Below, piece by piece: positions 29,259 through 41,442 of a DNA stretch of 64,000 bases; positions within the stretch are counted from its first letter, which is position 1, and each line of letters opens with the position of its first letter. The notes under the pieces were generated by a model. It worked only from the letters and a program-made list of their open reading frames with translations, searched no databases and had not been told where the DNA came from. Location: NCBI GenBank assembly GCA_000092065.1, contig CP000581.1. One strand, 5' to 3'. This DNA comes from Ostreococcus lucimarinus (taxonomy: Eukaryota). The position numbers were made by a program, and so were the translations under genes.

Positions 29259-32200
29259 TTGGGTCAATCGATGTCGAACGAAAACGCGCGGTGGACGCGT
29301 CGTCGCGCGAAAGGGCGCGGGATGGTGCGGACGGTGATGACTGACGAGATCCGCGCGGCTTTGAACGGTGCGCAGTTGAAAACGTGCGGAGTGAACCCGC
29401 AATGTATTTCGTTCACGAATCTCACCATGGAGAGCGAGAAGTACGTGTGCGCTCGGGAGAGCGGGACGACGAATAATGTGGTGATCGTCGAGGTGAATAA
29501 CCCGCTGCAGCCGATGAAGAAACCGATCACGGCGGATAGCGCGCTTATGAACCCGACGCAGAACGTGATTGCGCTCAAGGCGAGAGTGGAGAACGAGAAT
29601 GGCGTGGAGGATTCGTTGCAGATTTTCAACATTGATCAAAAGGCGAAAATCAAGGGGCACGACATGGAGCCGGTGGTGTTTTGGAAGTGGATCACGCCGA
29701 AAATGTTGGGGATCGTGACCAACACCGCGGTGTTTCACTGGTCGATCGATGACGCGAACGCGCCGGTGAAGGTGTTTGACAGAACTGCAAACCTGAACGG
29801 GAATCAGATCATCAGCTATAAAGCATCAGAGGACATGCAGTGGTTCACGCTGATCGGTATCGCGCAAGGCGACGCGTCGAGACCGGCGTTAGTGAAGGGT
29901 AACATGCAGCTGTACTCGGTGGCGCAACAACGCTCGCAGCCGCTCGAGGCGCACATGGCGGCGTTCACGACGCACCAAGTGCCGGGCAACGCGCAAAAGA
30001 GTCAGTTGGTATGTTTCGCTCAAAAGATGGTTCAAGCCGATGGATCGGTGGTTTCCAAGCTTCATGTGATTGAGCTCGGCGCGCCGGCAGGGCAAACGCC
30101 GTTCACGAAGCGCACGAGCGAGTTGTTTTTCCCGCCCGAGTTTGCCGACGACTTCCCGGTCGTCATGCAAGTGAGCGACAAATACGGCGTCATTTACATC
30201 GTCACCAAGAGCGGTCTGCTGTTCGTGTACGACGTGGAAACTGCGTCGCCGATCTACCGAAGCCGCATTTCGCAAGATCCGGTCTTCGTCGGCGCGTCCG
30301 CGACGAGCGTTGGCGGTTTGTACGTTGTTAACAGAGGCGGCCAAGTCTTGTTGATCACCCTGAACGAAGCCGCCGTTGTGCCGTTCATCAGCAGCACGCT
30401 CAATAACTTGGAGCTTGCGCTTTCGGTCGCGTCGAGAGGGAATCTTCCCGGCGCCGATGCGCTCGTGATGCCCAAGTTTGATATGCTCTTCAACTCTGCG
30501 GACTACAAGGGGGCGGCCGAACTCGCGGCGAGCATGAGCTCGTTGCGCACAGATCAGACCATCGCCCGATTTCGCGGCGTCCCGACTCAACCGGGCCAAA
30601 GTTCTCCTTTGTTACAGTACTTTGGCGCGTGCTTGCAGCGCGGAAAGTTGAACAAGCTGGAATCAGTTGAACTCGCAAAGCTCGTGCTTGCGCAAAACAA
30701 GAAGCAGCTTCTCGACACATGGCTGAGCGAGGACAAGCTCGAGGCGAGCGAAGAACTCGGCGACATGCTGGCGCCGACTGACTCCGATACTGCGCTTAAG
30801 ATTTACGTCAAAGCACGCGCGAGTCCGAAGGTAACCGCAGCGTTCGCGCAGCGTGGCGAATTCGACAAGATGGCGCAATACTGCTCCGCCGTCGATTACA
30901 AGCCAGACTATATGTACATGTTGCAAGCTCTTATGATGAAAGATCCCGCGAGCGCGGTGCAGTTGGCACAAAAGATCAGTCAGATGACACCGCCACCGTG
31001 CGACATGGGGGCCATCGCCGATCTCTTCTTGCAGCGCAACATGATTCGTGAGGCGACATCGATCTTGCTCGATTTGCTCAAGGGCGACGACGAGAGCCAA
31101 GCGGCGCTGCAAACCAAGGTTCTTGAGATCAACTTGGTGACATACCCGAACGTCGCTGATGCGATCTTGGCGCAAGGAAAGCTCACGCACTACGACCGCC
31201 CGCGCATCGCGCAGCTCTGCGAGAAGGCTGGTCTTTACATTCGAGCCATGGAGCACTACACGGAGCTCGCCGACTTGAAGCGTTGTGTCGTCAACACACA
31301 CTCGATAGACCCGCAAGCGCTCACTGAATTCTTCGGTACACTGAGCCGCGAGTGGGCTTTGGACTGCCTTAAGGAACTTCTCACGTTCAACATGCGTCAA
31401 AACCTTCAGATGGCGGTGAACATTGCTAAGGAGTACACGGAACAACTCGAGATTCACTCTGTCGTGAAGATGTTTGACAAGTTTGAATCTGCCGAAGGCC
31501 TCTTCTACTACCTCGGGTACTTCGTGAACACGTGTGAAGACAAGGACCTTGTGTACAAATTTATCGAAGCTGCTTCAAAGACTGGACAGATCAAGGAAGT
31601 CGAGCGAGTGACGCGCGAGAGCGATCATTACGATGCCGAACGCGTCAAGGTGTTCCTCATGGAAGCCAAGCTCTCAGATGCTCGTCCGCTTATCAATGTG
31701 TGCGACCGTTATGAGTTCGTTCCGGATTTGACGACATACCTTTACAACAACAACATGTTGCGCTACATCGAAGGCTACGTGCAAAAAGTCAACCCGAAGC
31801 AGGCGCCGAAGGTCGTTGGTACACTGTTGGATCTCGAGTGCCCGGACGATTTCATCAAGACTCTCATCTTGTCCGTGCGATCTCTCTTGCCCGTGGCGCC
31901 GCTCGTGGAAGAAGTGGAGAAACGTAACCGCTTGAAGATCCTCACGCAATTCCTCGAGCACCTCGTGAACGAAGGGAGCGTGGATCCGCAAGTACACAAC
32001 GCCATGGGTAAGATGCTCATCGATAGCAACCAGAACCCAGAGCACTTTTTGCTCACAAACGAGTACTACGAGTCCGCCATCGTCGGTCGCTACTGCGAGA
32101 AGCGCGATCCGTACTTGGCGTGCGTAGCGTACAAGCGTGGCAACTGCGACGCAGAGTTGGTGGATTGCACGAACAGAAACAGTATGTTCAAGGTTCAGGC

Positions 32201-34397
32201 GAGATATGTCGTCGAGCGTATGGACGCCGATCTCTGGGCATCTGTGTTGACGGAAGAAAACAAATACTGCCGCCAGCTTATCGACCAAGTCGTGTCTACC
32301 GCACTCCCAGAAAGCAAGAACCCTGAGCAAGTTTCTGTGACCGTGAAGGCGTTCATGACGGCAGAAATGCCGCATGAACTCATCGAGTTGTTGGAGAAGA
32401 TCGTGCTACAAAACAGCGCGTTCAGCAACAACCCGAACTTGCAAAACTTGCTCATCCTTACCGCCATCAAGGCGGACGCATCTCGCGTCATGGATTACGT
32501 CAACCGACTCGACTCTTTCAACGGTCCGGAGGTCGGTGAGATTGCCGCCGGTAACGAGTTGTACGAAGAAGCCTTTGCCATCTTCAAGAAGTTTGATCTG
32601 CATGTTGACGCGATGAAGATTCTTCTCGAGTCTCTCGAAGACCTCGATCGTGGCATCGAGTACGCGCGCAAGGTCGACTTACCCGAAGTTTGGGTCCAAA
32701 TCGGCAAGGCGCAGCTCAAGGTTGGCACTCCGGAGGCGGTTAAAGCGGCCATCAAGTCGTACATCAAGGCGCAAGATGGGAGTGATTTCGTCGACGTCAT
32801 TCACGCCGCGCGCCAAGCCGACATGTACGAAGACATGGTTCCATATTTGCTCATGGTGCGCAAGAACAAGAAAGAAGCTCGCGTCGATACTGAACTTGTG
32901 TACGCGTACGCCAAGATCAACGATTTGGCCAAGCTCGAAGACTTTTTGGCTACGCCGAACAGCGCGAATCAGCAGTCCGTCGCCGACAGATGCTTTGGCG
33001 AAGGTTTGTACGAGGCTGCTCGACTTTTGTACACCGCGCTCAGCAACTGGGGCTGCCTTGCGAGCACTTTGCTCAAACTTCGCATGTTCCAAGGTGCAGT
33101 CGACGCCGCGAAGAAGGCTAACTCCCCGCGTACGTGGAAGGAAGTGTGCTTTACGTGTCTCGAAGAAGGCGAAAACAAGCTCGCGCAGCTCGCCGGTCTC
33201 AACATCATTATCCAAGCTGATGAACTCGATTCCGTCAGTGAGTACTACCAAGCGAATGGTAAGTTCACCGAGCTTATCCAGCTTATGGAAGCCGGCGTCG
33301 GCGTTGACCGGGCGCACATGGGTATTTTCACCGAGCTCGGCATCTTGTACGCCAACCACATGGCCGACAAGCTCATGGAACACATTCGTTTGTTCAGCGC
33401 GCGCATCAATATTCCGCGACTCATAACCACGTGCAACCACGTGGCGTTGTGGCCCGAGCTCGCGTATCTTTACAGGTGCTACGACGAGTACGATAACGCT
33501 TGCGAGGTGATGATGAAGCACCCCGACGCTTGGGAGCACGTGGTCTTCAAGGATGTGTGCGTCAAGCTTGCCAACGCGGACTTGTACTACCAGGCGATCG
33601 AGTTTTACCTTCGCGAGCACCCAACAGAGATGACCAATCTTCTCGGTGTACTTCAGTCGAGACTTGATCACTCTCGCGTGGTGTCGCTCATGCGCAAGGA
33701 GGGTAAGTTGGCCATGGTGAAGGAGTACCTTTTAGCTGTGCAGGGTGCAAACTTGACGGCGGTGAACGACGCCGTGAACGAACTCGCGATCGAAGAAGAA
33801 GATCACGCGGCGTTGAAGACTTCGCTCGATATGTACGACAATTGCGATCAACTATCTCTTGCGGTACAATGCGAGAGCCACGAACTGATCGAGTTCCGAA
33901 GAATTTCTTCGTACATCTATCAGCGCAACGCGCGATGGCAGCAAGCCATCGATCTTAGCAAGCGGGATGGGTTACTTAAGGACGCCATGGAAATCGCCGC
34001 GAAGAGTGGAGACGCGACCATCGTGGACGAACTTCTCGACTACTTCATCGATCAAGGCAACAAGGAGTGCTTCTCCGCCGCCTTGTGCACGTGCTACGAC
34101 TTGTTGAAGCCCGACGAAGTCATGCAAAAGGCATGGTTGAAGGGTCTTAGCGACTGGGTCATGCCTTACATGATTCAAGTCATGCGTGATATGAACGGTA
34201 AGTTGGAGATTTTGATGAAGGATAAGGCGGACCGCAACGAAGAAAAGGTGAACGAGGAGAAAGAGCGCGTCGCGGCCGAGATGAATAGCAACCTCTACGC
34301 GCAACTCATGCCTGCGGCGCTTCCGGCTCCGCCGATGCCGGGCATGCCGGGGTACGAGCAACCGCAACCGGGATACGGGCAACCGCAGTATTACTGA
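29259..34397 (+). CDS. CHC: Clathrin heavy chain (single exon; the true start is probably the ATG at 29321 or 29336)
   Basis: 1712-aa ORF collinear with CLTC: [26 protein letters not shown].. ~ human [25 protein letters not shown]. Propeller, CHCR repeats, and the trimerisation C-terminus with Pro/Gln/Gly/Tyr-rich tail. Confidence 0.97.
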   Translation: MGQSMSNENARWTRRRAKGRGMVRTVMTDEIRAALNGAQLKTCGVNPQCISFTNLTMESEKYVCARESGTTNNVVIVEVNNPLQPMKKPITADSALMNPTQNVIALKARVENENGVEDSLQIFNIDQKAKIKGHDMEPVVFWKWITPKMLGIVTNTAVFHWSIDDANAPVKVFDRTANLNGNQIISYKASEDMQWFTLIGIAQGDASRPALVKGNMQLYSVAQQRSQPLEAHMAAFTTHQVPGNAQKSQLVCFAQKMVQADGSVVSKLHVIELGAPAGQTPFTKRTSELFFPPEFADDFPVVMQVSDKYGVIYIVTKSGLLFVYDVETASPIYRSRISQDPVFVGASATSVGGLYVVNRGGQVLLITLNEAAVVPFISSTLNNLELALSVASRGNLPGADALVMPKFDMLFNSADYKGAAELAASMSSLRTDQTIARFRGVPTQPGQSSPLLQYFGACLQRGKLNKLESVELAKLVLAQNKKQLLDTWLSEDKLEASEELGDMLAPTDSDTALKIYVKARASPKVTAAFAQRGEFDKMAQYCSAVDYKPDYMYMLQALMMKDPASAVQLAQKISQMTPPPCDMGAIADLFLQRNMIREATSILLDLLKGDDESQAALQTKVLEINLVTYPNVADAILAQGKLTHYDRPRIAQLCEKAGLYIRAMEHYTELADLKRCVVNTHSIDPQALTEFFGTLSREWALDCLKELLTFNMRQNLQMAVNIAKEYTEQLEIHSVVKMFDKFESAEGLFYYLGYFVNTCEDKDLVYKFIEAASKTGQIKEVERVTRESDHYDAERVKVFLMEAKLSDARPLINVCDRYEFVPDLTTYLYNNNMLRYIEGYVQKVNPKQAPKVVGTLLDLECPDDFIKTLILSVRSLLPVAPLVEEVEKRNRLKILTQFLEHLVNEGSVDPQVHNAMGKMLIDSNQNPEHFLLTNEYYESAIVGRYCEKRDPYLACVAYKRGNCDAELVDCTNRNSMFKVQARYVVERMDADLWASVLTEENKYCRQLIDQVVSTALPESKNPEQVSVTVKAFMTAEMPHELIELLEKIVLQNSAFSNNPNLQNLLILTAIKADASRVMDYVNRLDSFNGPEVGEIAAGNELYEEAFAIFKKFDLHVDAMKILLESLEDLDRGIEYARKVDLPEVWVQIGKAQLKVGTPEAVKAAIKSYIKAQDGSDFVDVIHAARQADMYEDMVPYLLMVRKNKKEARVDTELVYAYAKINDLAKLEDFLATPNSANQQSVADRCFGEGLYEAARLLYTALSNWGCLASTLLKLRMFQGAVDAAKKANSPRTWKEVCFTCLEEGENKLAQLAGLNIIIQADELDSVSEYYQANGKFTELIQLMEAGVGVDRAHMGIFTELGILYANHMADKLMEHIRLFSARINIPRLITTCNHVALWPELAYLYRCYDEYDNACEVMMKHPDAWEHVVFKDVCVKLANADLYYQAIEFYLREHPTEMTNLLGVLQSRLDHSRVVSLMRKEGKLAMVKEYLLAVQGANLTAVNDAVNELAIEEEDHAALKTSLDMYDNCDQLSLAVQCESHELIEFRRISSYIYQRNARWQQAIDLSKRDGLLKDAMEIAAKSGDATIVDELLDYFIDQGNKECFSAALCTCYDLLKPDEVMQKAWLKGLSDWVMPYMIQVMRDMNGKLEILMKDKADRNEEKVNEEKERVAAEMNSNLYAQLMPAALPAPPMPGMPGYEQPQPGYGQPQYY

Positions 34398-34453
34398 GGC
34401 ACATCATCTCAATAGCTCAGCGCGCGACTCGCGCGCGCACACTTAGTTCAGCA

Positions 34454-36262
34454 TTGAATAAAAGCGAAACTCAGACGCAAACGCAAACGTTCAGTGGTAT
34501 GGTAATCTCGGTCGCCGCGCGCGCCGCACAACGCGGCGCATCCCTGATCCGCTCGCCGTGCGCGCTCGAACGCGCCGCGCGCTCGAACAAAATGCCGCGC
34601 ATCGTGCGTGACGCGCCGCGCCTCGCCGCACCGCCCGCGTCGTCGCCACCCGTCGCCGTTCGCCGCCGACAGTTGCCACTCGGTCGACGTCACCGCGCCG
34701 CCGCGCTCTGCGTTTGCCGCGCGACGACGCCGCGGGAGATCGCGCGCGCGATCGAGGACGCTCCGTGGCGCGGTGGACTCGAACCAGCGGCGAACGCGCC
34801 GTGGACGGCGGCGGAAGTGGTGTCGGGACGGATACCGGCCGAGCTCGCGGGGACGCTCTATCGCGCGGGACCGGGACGGATTCGTCTGGGGGCGACCAAG
34901 TACGCGCATTGGTTCGATGGCGATGGGTACGTCACAGCGATCGAGATGGATGCCGATGCGAACACGGCGCGGTGCGCGGGGAAGTACGTGGAGACGGCGA
35001 GATGGACGAAGCAGCGGGCACGCGACGGCGGCGATGGGACAAACGACGACGCGGTCGGGAGCAGCGGCGTCGCGGTCCGAGGAGCGTGGACTCAAGCGAG
35101 CGGAATGATGGCAAATTTAGGACGGTTTCCGACGAACCCGTCGAACACGTCCATCATCGTGCACGCGGGGAAGGTTTTGGCGTGTTGCGAAGGCGGCGCG
35201 CCGGTGGCGATCGATCCGGCGTCGCTCGCGACGAGAGGTGAAGTCGTCTTCGGACCGAGTCTTCCGATGGGTTTCAGCGCGCACAGTAAGCAGGACCCGC
35301 GCGATGGAACGTTGTACACGTGGGGGTTGAAAAAGCCGCCGTTCATAGGTATTTCTGTCGGCAAGGTGAACGCCGCGGGCGAAGTGATGCAAGTCGCCGA
35401 CATGCCGTTTCCGCGAGCGGCGCCAGAATTTGCATTGTTACACGACTGCGCGATGAGCGAAAATTACTTGACGTTTTTCATGTGCCCGTGGGAGTTACCG
35501 AACGACGCCATCGTGGGTGCACTCAGCGGGATGAAGTCTTTCGGACACTCGTTCAAATGGAGCGACGAACGCGAGACGTGGATGGTCGTGCTGAGGAAAT
35601 CAGATTTAAGCGTCGTGCACGCGAAAAACGTGCCTTCGTTTTCGAGTTATCACACGTGCGACGCTTACGAAGAGAACGGAAAACTCAAGGTGCTTTACGG
35701 CAAGCTCAGAGGCGATCGCACCGGGCTCGAAAAGAATTTTGGCGACATGTACGCCGCCGTGTGGTCGTCGCGACATTACAACGATTTGCACGAGATGACG
35801 ATCGATATCGCCACCGGTAACGTCACAGACGCGCTCGCGATGCCGACGAACGCCGATGGCGAACGAGATATGACGAAAATGATCGGCATGGAGTTCCCTG
35901 TGGTTTCTCCGCGAACGATGAGCCGCCGCAAACCAAAGTACGTGTACACGCTCGCGAATTCGTGCGGCGAGCACGGCTACTTTGACTCCATTCAAAAACT
36001 CAATCTCGAGACGCAAAAGGCCGAGACGCGCTTGAGCGCCCTCGGTCACTACCCACACGAGTGCGAATTCATCCCCAAGACGAACGCCGACGACGAGGAC
36101 GCCGGATACCTCGCGTACGTCGAGTACGACGTCTCGCGCGACGCCGCAAACGTCGTCGTCCTCGACGCCCAGCGCTTCACCGAAGTCGACCCCGTGGCCG
36201 TCATCGCCCTCCCCATGCACGTTCCGTACACCTTTCACGGCACCTTCGCGCGACGCGCGTGA
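34454..36262 (+). CDS. Carotenoid cleavage dioxygenase (RPE65/CCD family) with plastid transit peptide
   Basis: AHWFDGDGYVTAIEM, FSAHSKQDP, HDCAMSENYLTFF, GMEFPVV. His-ligand spacing typical of carotenoid oxygenases. Confidence 0.9.
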   Translation: MNKSETQTQTQTFSGMVISVAARAAQRGASLIRSPCALERAARSNKMPRIVRDAPRLAAPPASSPPVAVRRRQLPLGRRHRAAALCVCRATTPREIARAIEDAPWRGGLEPAANAPWTAAEVVSGRIPAELAGTLYRAGPGRIRLGATKYAHWFDGDGYVTAIEMDADANTARCAGKYVETARWTKQRARDGGDGTNDDAVGSSGVAVRGAWTQASGMMANLGRFPTNPSNTSIIVHAGKVLACCEGGAPVAIDPASLATRGEVVFGPSLPMGFSAHSKQDPRDGTLYTWGLKKPPFIGISVGKVNAAGEVMQVADMPFPRAAPEFALLHDCAMSENYLTFFMCPWELPNDAIVGALSGMKSFGHSFKWSDERETWMVVLRKSDLSVVHAKNVPSFSSYHTCDAYEENGKLKVLYGKLRGDRTGLEKNFGDMYAAVWSSRHYNDLHEMTIDIATGNVTDALAMPTNADGERDMTKMIGMEFPVVSPRTMSRRKPKYVYTLANSCGEHGYFDSIQKLNLETQKAETRLSALGHYPHECEFIPKTNADDEDAGYLAYVEYDVSRDAANVVVLDAQRFTEVDPVAVIALPMHVPYTFHGTFARRA

Positions 36263-36464
36263 CGCGCGTCGTCTTCGTGTTGTAACTCTAGCGCCCGGAT
36301 CTTTCAGTCTTCGCGTCAACCGTCAGTCGTCGGTTGTTAGTTGGTCGTTAGTTCCGTCGCGTCGCGCGCCGCCGCGCGCCCGTAACATCGAGGCGCCGAA
36401 AGAATTCGAGCGCGCGAAAACAATCGTCGCGAACGTTCGTGCGTCGAGATCGCGGCTGGATACA

Positions 36465-38003
36465 GTGAAGATACGATTGCAATTTTTGTCCCGCGCGGTC
36501 GCCGCGCCAGAAATAGCCTCGCGGCGCATGCGCGCCGCGGTCGCGCGCGGCGTCGTCGCGCGGGCGGCGCGCGCGCGGCGCGCGACGCGCGAACCCGCGC
36601 GCGACGCGCGACGCGCGACGCGAGGAACCGCGGCGCGCGCGCGACGCGACGAACGCGCGAACGCCTCGGCGGCGGACGCGGTCGCGGTCGACGGGACGGT
36701 CGACGACGACGCGCGCGCGGTCGATAGCGCCGAGACGGCGGCGCGCGCGGTGAAAACGCCGCACAGTGGATACCATCGACAGCGCGGCGTCGCGCGGGCG
36801 TTCTTCGAGGGATGGTACTTTCGGTTCACGCTGCCGAGCGCGAAGGCGTCGGCGAGTCTGATTTATCACGTGTACGACCCGGATTTGCCCGAGTCCGCGC
36901 GGGGAGGGGCGGGCGCGCAGGTGTGCGCGCCGTGTGGGAAATATTTGTACTTTGAACAAGGCGCGGAGGAGGCGCGCGCGGGATTCGAGGGGGCGGCGCA
37001 CGCGTTGGAATTGAAATCGACGCGCGGCGACGATTTCTTCGAGGTGTCGCGCGAGGGCGCGAGACATCGAGGAAGGTTGACGAGCGAGGGAGAGAGCGAG
37101 GAAGGGCCGTGGGGCGGAGGACGCGCGGCGAAGAGCGTGCGATGGGACATCACGGTGACGCCGCTTCGAGGATGGGGGGGAGGACCGGGGGCGAAGATGG
37201 TGTCGCCCGCGGGCTGGATGACGGCGCTGCCGGTGTTCGAGCCGCATTGGCAAGTCACCATGGCGCACGGATTGGCGAGCGGATGGATCGAAACCGACGG
37301 CGAGCGCGTTGAGTTTAGCGATTGCCCGGCGTACAGCGAGAAGAATTGGGGCGGCGCTGGGTTTCCGTTGAAATGGTGGTGGGTGCAGTGCAACTCGTTC
37401 GCGGATTATCCCGATTTGAGCGTAACCGCGACTGGAGGGAACCGAGGCGTCGTCGTGCTCCCGAACGTTCGCGAAGACGTCGGTCTGGTAGGCGTGCACT
37501 TCGGCGATCGATTTTTTCAATTCGTTCCCGCGCAGCAAGTGGAGGTTGACTCGACGTCGGCGTACGGCGCCGAGTCGGCGTTGGAGGCGAGCGCCGTTCG
37601 ATGGGACGTCGAGTGGGGTCGGTGGAGCGTCACCGCCGTCGGTGAACGATACGAGTGCTCGATAGAAGGGACGTGCACGAACGACGACAAATCCACCGTC
37701 ATTCGCGCGCCTTCGGACAGCTTGGACGAGGGTATGGCGCCGTCGTGCCGCGAGACGTTCACGGGCGTCGTCGTCGTATCCCTTTGGCGTCTCAACGACC
37801 GCGGCGAGCGCGTCGAGACCATCATCGACGCCGCTACGAGCGATACCGCATGTCTAGAAATCGGCGGCGGACCTTGGATCGGACCCTGGCGCTCGGCTGC
37901 GGAGATCCGCTCGCCGCTCGGCCCGCTCATGGGTTTGCCCGTCGACGTGCGCGCCGTGGCGAGTTTGCTCTCACCCTTCGGCGACGTCCTTCCCGGGCTG
38001 TGA
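36465..38003 (+). CDS. VTE1: Tocopherol cyclase (VTE1/SXD1)
   Basis: TPHSGYHRQRGVARAFFEGWYFRFTLP and EKNWGGAGFPLKWWWVQCN match conserved VTE1 blocks. Organellar presequence. Confidence 0.85.
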   Translation: MKIRLQFLSRAVAAPEIASRRMRAAVARGVVARAARARRATREPARDARRATRGTAARARRDERANASAADAVAVDGTVDDDARAVDSAETAARAVKTPHSGYHRQRGVARAFFEGWYFRFTLPSAKASASLIYHVYDPDLPESARGGAGAQVCAPCGKYLYFEQGAEEARAGFEGAAHALELKSTRGDDFFEVSREGARHRGRLTSEGESEEGPWGGGRAAKSVRWDITVTPLRGWGGGPGAKMVSPAGWMTALPVFEPHWQVTMAHGLASGWIETDGERVEFSDCPAYSEKNWGGAGFPLKWWWVQCNSFADYPDLSVTATGGNRGVVVLPNVREDVGLVGVHFGDRFFQFVPAQQVEVDSTSAYGAESALEASAVRWDVEWGRWSVTAVGERYECSIEGTCTNDDKSTVIRAPSDSLDEGMAPSCRETFTGVVVVSLWRLNDRGERVETIIDAATSDTACLEIGGGPWIGPWRSAAEIRSPLGPLMGLPVDVRAVASLLSPFGDVLPGL

Positions 38004-38051
38004 CCCTCGCTCGCGTCGCGCGTCATTGTAACCATTCTTTTTGCGCGCGAT

Positions 38052-39806
38052 GTGCGGTCTCACGCGCCCCGCGCGCGCCGCCCCGCTCCCGCGCGTCCAA
38101 CCGTCGCCGCCGCGCGCCGCACACGCCGTCGCGCCATGCCGCGCGCGTTCGCCCGCGTCGTCCTCGCGCGCGCGCTCGCCGCCGCGCGCGCCCCCGTCGC
38201 GCACGCCGCGCGTCGTCTCGCCGTCGCGCGTCCGCCCTGCGCCGCGAAATCCACCGCCGCCGCCGCCGCGTCCGACCGCGGCGACGTTCGCGTCGGCGAC
38301 GAAGTCTCCGTGGAGTGCGTCGATTTCGCCACGTCGGGCGAGGGCGTGTGCAAGCTCGCGAATGGGATGGTTTTGCTCTGCGACGGCGCGACGCCCGGAG
38401 AGGTGGTGCGCGCGCGGGTGACGAAGCTGCGGAAGAAGCTGGCGCACGGCGCGAAGACGGCGACGGAACGCGCGGCGCCGAACGCGGTGACGGCGCCGTG
38501 CCCGCACCACGAACAGTGCGGAGGGTGCGCGTGGCAGCACGTGAATTACGACGCGCAGGTGGGGCATAAGCGGAATCGGGTGGTGGACGTGCTGGCGAGA
38601 ATATATAAAGCGGGCGAGGACGCCGAGGCGAAAGTCGGCGCGTGCGTCGGCGCGGACGAGACGTCGAGGTATAGGAATAAAATGGAGTTCGCGTTCGCGA
38701 GTGGAACGAGAGGAAAGACGGTCGTCGGGTTGCGACCGCGAGGGGCGAACGATTCGGTGGTGGATTTAAGCGGTGGATGTCTGTTGCAGAGCGAGGAGGC
38801 GGATCGCGTGTTGGCGGCGATTCGGGAGACGCTGGAACGCGCGGACGGGCGCTTGGAGGCGTTCGATCGCACGAGCGGCGAAGGCACCCTTAGAAGCGTG
38901 ACGATTCGCACGGCTGGTGGCGAGCGCGGCGGTGAGAAGGCTGTGATGGTCGATTTAGCGACGACGGCTTCGCCGAACGAACTGAAAACGGGACCGCTCG
39001 CGGGACTCATCGACGTCGTCTCGAAGGTACCGGGCGTGGTGTCCGTGGTGCACACTTCCGTGCCGAGCGAAGCCGAACTCCGACGCGCGGGCGGTGGACG
39101 CTCGTCAAAGTTCGTCAAGGGTGGCACGACGACGAAGGCTGGGTCAACTAAGAAAGTCGAGGCGGTGTTCGGCGAGAACAAATTAGTCGAAACGCTCAAC
39201 GGCATCGACTTTGAACTTTCTTCGGCGTCCTTCTTTCAGACCAACACTGAGCAGGCTGCGAGATTGGTGCGACAGGTTCGCGAGGCGTGCGCTTTCAGCG
39301 GCGATAAGTCTGAGATCGTGCTCGACCTGTTTTGCGGTGTCGGTACGATGGGACTCAGCGTCGCGAGCGACTGCTCGCGAGTGATGGGATGGGAAGTCGT
39401 TCCAGAGGCGGTGAAAGACGCGAAACGCAACGCCGAGCTGAACAACATCACGAACGCCAAATTCTATCGCGTTGATTTGGCGAGATTAAATCCGTCCAAA
39501 GGCCCGAAAGGTCTTCTCACGACGCCGAAAGGCAAAGAGCTTCCCATGCCGGACATCGTCATCACGGACCCGGCGAGGCCTGGTATGGACTCCGCACTCA
39601 TCGCGATCCTGCGCACAATCGGTGCTCGGCGTATCGTCTACGTGTCGTGTAATCCCGCGACGCAAGCGCGAGACTTGCTACTTCTCACGGCGCCGTCGGA
39701 GGGCGCGGACGACGTCGCGTACGAGCTCAAAACCGTCACGCCCGTCGATATGTTTCCTCACACGACGCACGTCGAGTCCGTCGCCGTGCTCGAACGCAAA
39801 GCTTAG
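38052..39806 (+). CDS. 23S rRNA (uracil-5)-methyltransferase RlmD/RumA-type with TRAM domain and 4Fe-4S cysteines, organellar presequence
   Basis: TRAM: VGDEVSVECVDFATSGEGVCKLANGMVLLCDGATPGEVVRARV. Cys cluster CPHHEQCGGCAWQH. FFQTN, LDLFCGVGTMG, DPARPGMD, YVSCNPAT. The first ATG of the track ORF is 49 nt after the VTE1 stop; the real start may be the internal Met (about 38135). Confidence 0.9.
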   Translation: MRSHAPRARRPAPARPTVAAARRTRRRAMPRAFARVVLARALAAARAPVAHAARRLAVARPPCAAKSTAAAAASDRGDVRVGDEVSVECVDFATSGEGVCKLANGMVLLCDGATPGEVVRARVTKLRKKLAHGAKTATERAAPNAVTAPCPHHEQCGGCAWQHVNYDAQVGHKRNRVVDVLARIYKAGEDAEAKVGACVGADETSRYRNKMEFAFASGTRGKTVVGLRPRGANDSVVDLSGGCLLQSEEADRVLAAIRETLERADGRLEAFDRTSGEGTLRSVTIRTAGGERGGEKAVMVDLATTASPNELKTGPLAGLIDVVSKVPGVVSVVHTSVPSEAELRRAGGGRSSKFVKGGTTTKAGSTKKVEAVFGENKLVETLNGIDFELSSASFFQTNTEQAARLVRQVREACAFSGDKSEIVLDLFCGVGTMGLSVASDCSRVMGWEVVPEAVKDAKRNAELNNITNAKFYRVDLARLNPSKGPKGLLTTPKGKELPMPDIVITDPARPGMDSALIAILRTIGARRIVYVSCNPATQARDLLLLTAPSEGADDVAYELKTVTPVDMFPHTTHVESVAVLERKA

Positions 39807-39858
39807 TATCGCTAAACAAATTCGTCTGTTGTTACATTATTCTTAGTCGCACAAGTTC

Positions 39859-40566
39859 TCACCGTCGCACATCCGTCGCCGCCGCCGCCGCCGCCGCGCG
39901 CGCGCCGAAATCGGCGCTCTTCCGAAACGCGACGCTCTCCCCAGTCTTCACGTTCCGATACACGACGCCTTTCCCCGCCATCACGCTCGTCTCCATTCGA
40001 CCGAGCATCAACAAGTACCCCCACTCGCTCGCGATTCTCTGCGTGAAGACGCGATGCCAGCCCACCTCGCCCGCCGCCCAGTCTCGCAGCGGTCGCTCGC
40101 AATCCGCCAGCGTCCCTTCGCGCGCGCCCACGCGCCAGAGCAAGTGCGCGAACGCCGGCGCGCACTCCGCGCACAGCCGTTCGAGCTGTTCGGCGCCGCC
40201 CAGGGCGTTCGCCGCGCGTTCGATCGCCGCGCGCGTCGCCGACGTGTCCAGCGTCAGCAGCCCCGGGCGCTCGACGGCGAGCTCGAACGCGTGGCGCGCG
40301 CACGCGCGCGGCAGCGCCGAGCTCAGGGCGTACACGCGCTCGGTGAGCACGCTGAGCGGAACGTCGTCGCGCACGGCGCGCCCTTCCACCGTGTGATCGA
40401 GCTGCTGAAGCGCGCGGTCGTCGAGGCCTAAAATCGCTCGAAGCGACGCGACGCGCGCGGCGGAGGACGGCGCGTCGGCGGAGGACGCGCGGACGCGAGC
40501 GCTCGCGCGTCGCGCGCGAACGGAGACGACGCGCGCGACGCGGACGCGCGGGGCGAGGCGGGACAT
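39859..40566 (-). CDS. Hypothetical protein with organellar-type presequence
   Basis: 235-aa ORF with diverse composition (W, Y, H, F, M present). Convergent with the RlmD-like gene, only 53 nt between stops. Confidence 0.5.
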   Translation of the reverse strand: MSRLAPRVRVARVVSVRARRASARVRASSADAPSSAARVASLRAILGLDDRALQQLDHTVEGRAVRDDVPLSVLTERVYALSSALPRACARHAFELAVERPGLLTLDTSATRAAIERAANALGGAEQLERLCAECAPAFAHLLWRVGAREGTLADCERPLRDWAAGEVGWHRVFTQRIASEWGYLLMLGRMETSVMAGKGVVYRNVKTGESVAFRKSADFGARAAAAAAATDVRR

Positions 40567-40674
40567 GCGTCGGCTTGTGCCGCGGGAGCGGGCGTGGCGC
40601 GCTGCGCCGCTACGTTACAAATGTCTCGCTACTGTGTGATGATGCGGTTCCGGTGGCACCGTCGCGCTGTCTAT

Positions 40675-41442
40675 TTACCTACGACTGTTGCTTCGCGTCG
40701 CGCGCCCAGCGGACGCGCGCGGACTCGCGAGCGCGCCGACGCCGTCGTCGCCGTTCGCGAGTTCGACGAACGCCTTGCGCGCGTCCCGCACAAACTTCCC
40801 GAAATCATTCGAACGGTTACACTCCGCGAGCAACGCGTCGATCGACGCTAACATCGGCGCGCACTCCATCACCTCGTACGCCGTCCCGCGCAATCGCACC
40901 GCGAACGTAAACTCTCGCTCCGGCGCGCGCGCGTCGACGTATTTAAACACCAACCGCAACCGCTCCGCCTCGCCGTATTCAAATCTCAATCCCAATCGTT
41001 CCGCGTACATCGCGCTCGCCCCCCTCAGCGCGTCCAATTTTGCCATCGCGCTCGTTCCCGTCGCTTTATTTTTCGCGTGTTCGATCGCCGTCCGTTCCTC
41101 CCCGACGCGTTCGCGCAGCGCCGCCAACTGCTCGGGCAGTCCTTCCGCCAGTTCTCTCGCCGCGTTCGTCTCTTCGAGCGCCTGTTCCGCCTCCATCTCG
41201 TACCGCTCCGCTTCGCGCGCGTTATCAGCCGCGCGTTCGCTCAGCTCTCGCTCGCGATTGATCAGCGCGTCGTACTCGCGCTCGAGCTTTAAGATTTGTC
41301 GGTCGTGCGCATCCTTCAAACGTCTTTCGCGCGCGACGTTTTCGCCGACCCAGCCGTCGATGATGTCGCGGAACTCGGCGAGCTCGCGCTCGAGATCGGC
41401 GACGTCGACGTCGCGGTGGCGCGCGGCGCGGTTGGGGGGCAT
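40675..41442 (-). CDS. SPC25: Kinetochore protein Spc25 (NDC80 complex)
   Basis: N-terminal coiled coil. C-terminal RWD-like region LGLRFEYGEAERLRLVFKYVDARAPEREFTFAVRL..YEVMECAPML..NDFGKFVRDARKAF aligns with human SPC25 (..LGLEIRKIYGEKLQFIFTNID..FMFSLHL..YEVSDSAPHL..NNFSAFLANVRKAF). Confidence 0.75.
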   Translation of the reverse strand: MPPNRAARHRDVDVADLERELAEFRDIIDGWVGENVARERRLKDAHDRQILKLEREYDALINRERELSERAADNAREAERYEMEAEQALEETNAARELAEGLPEQLAALRERVGEERTAIEHAKNKATGTSAMAKLDALRGASAMYAERLGLRFEYGEAERLRLVFKYVDARAPEREFTFAVRLRGTAYEVMECAPMLASIDALLAECNRSNDFGKFVRDARKAFVELANGDDGVGALASPRASAGRATRSNSRR

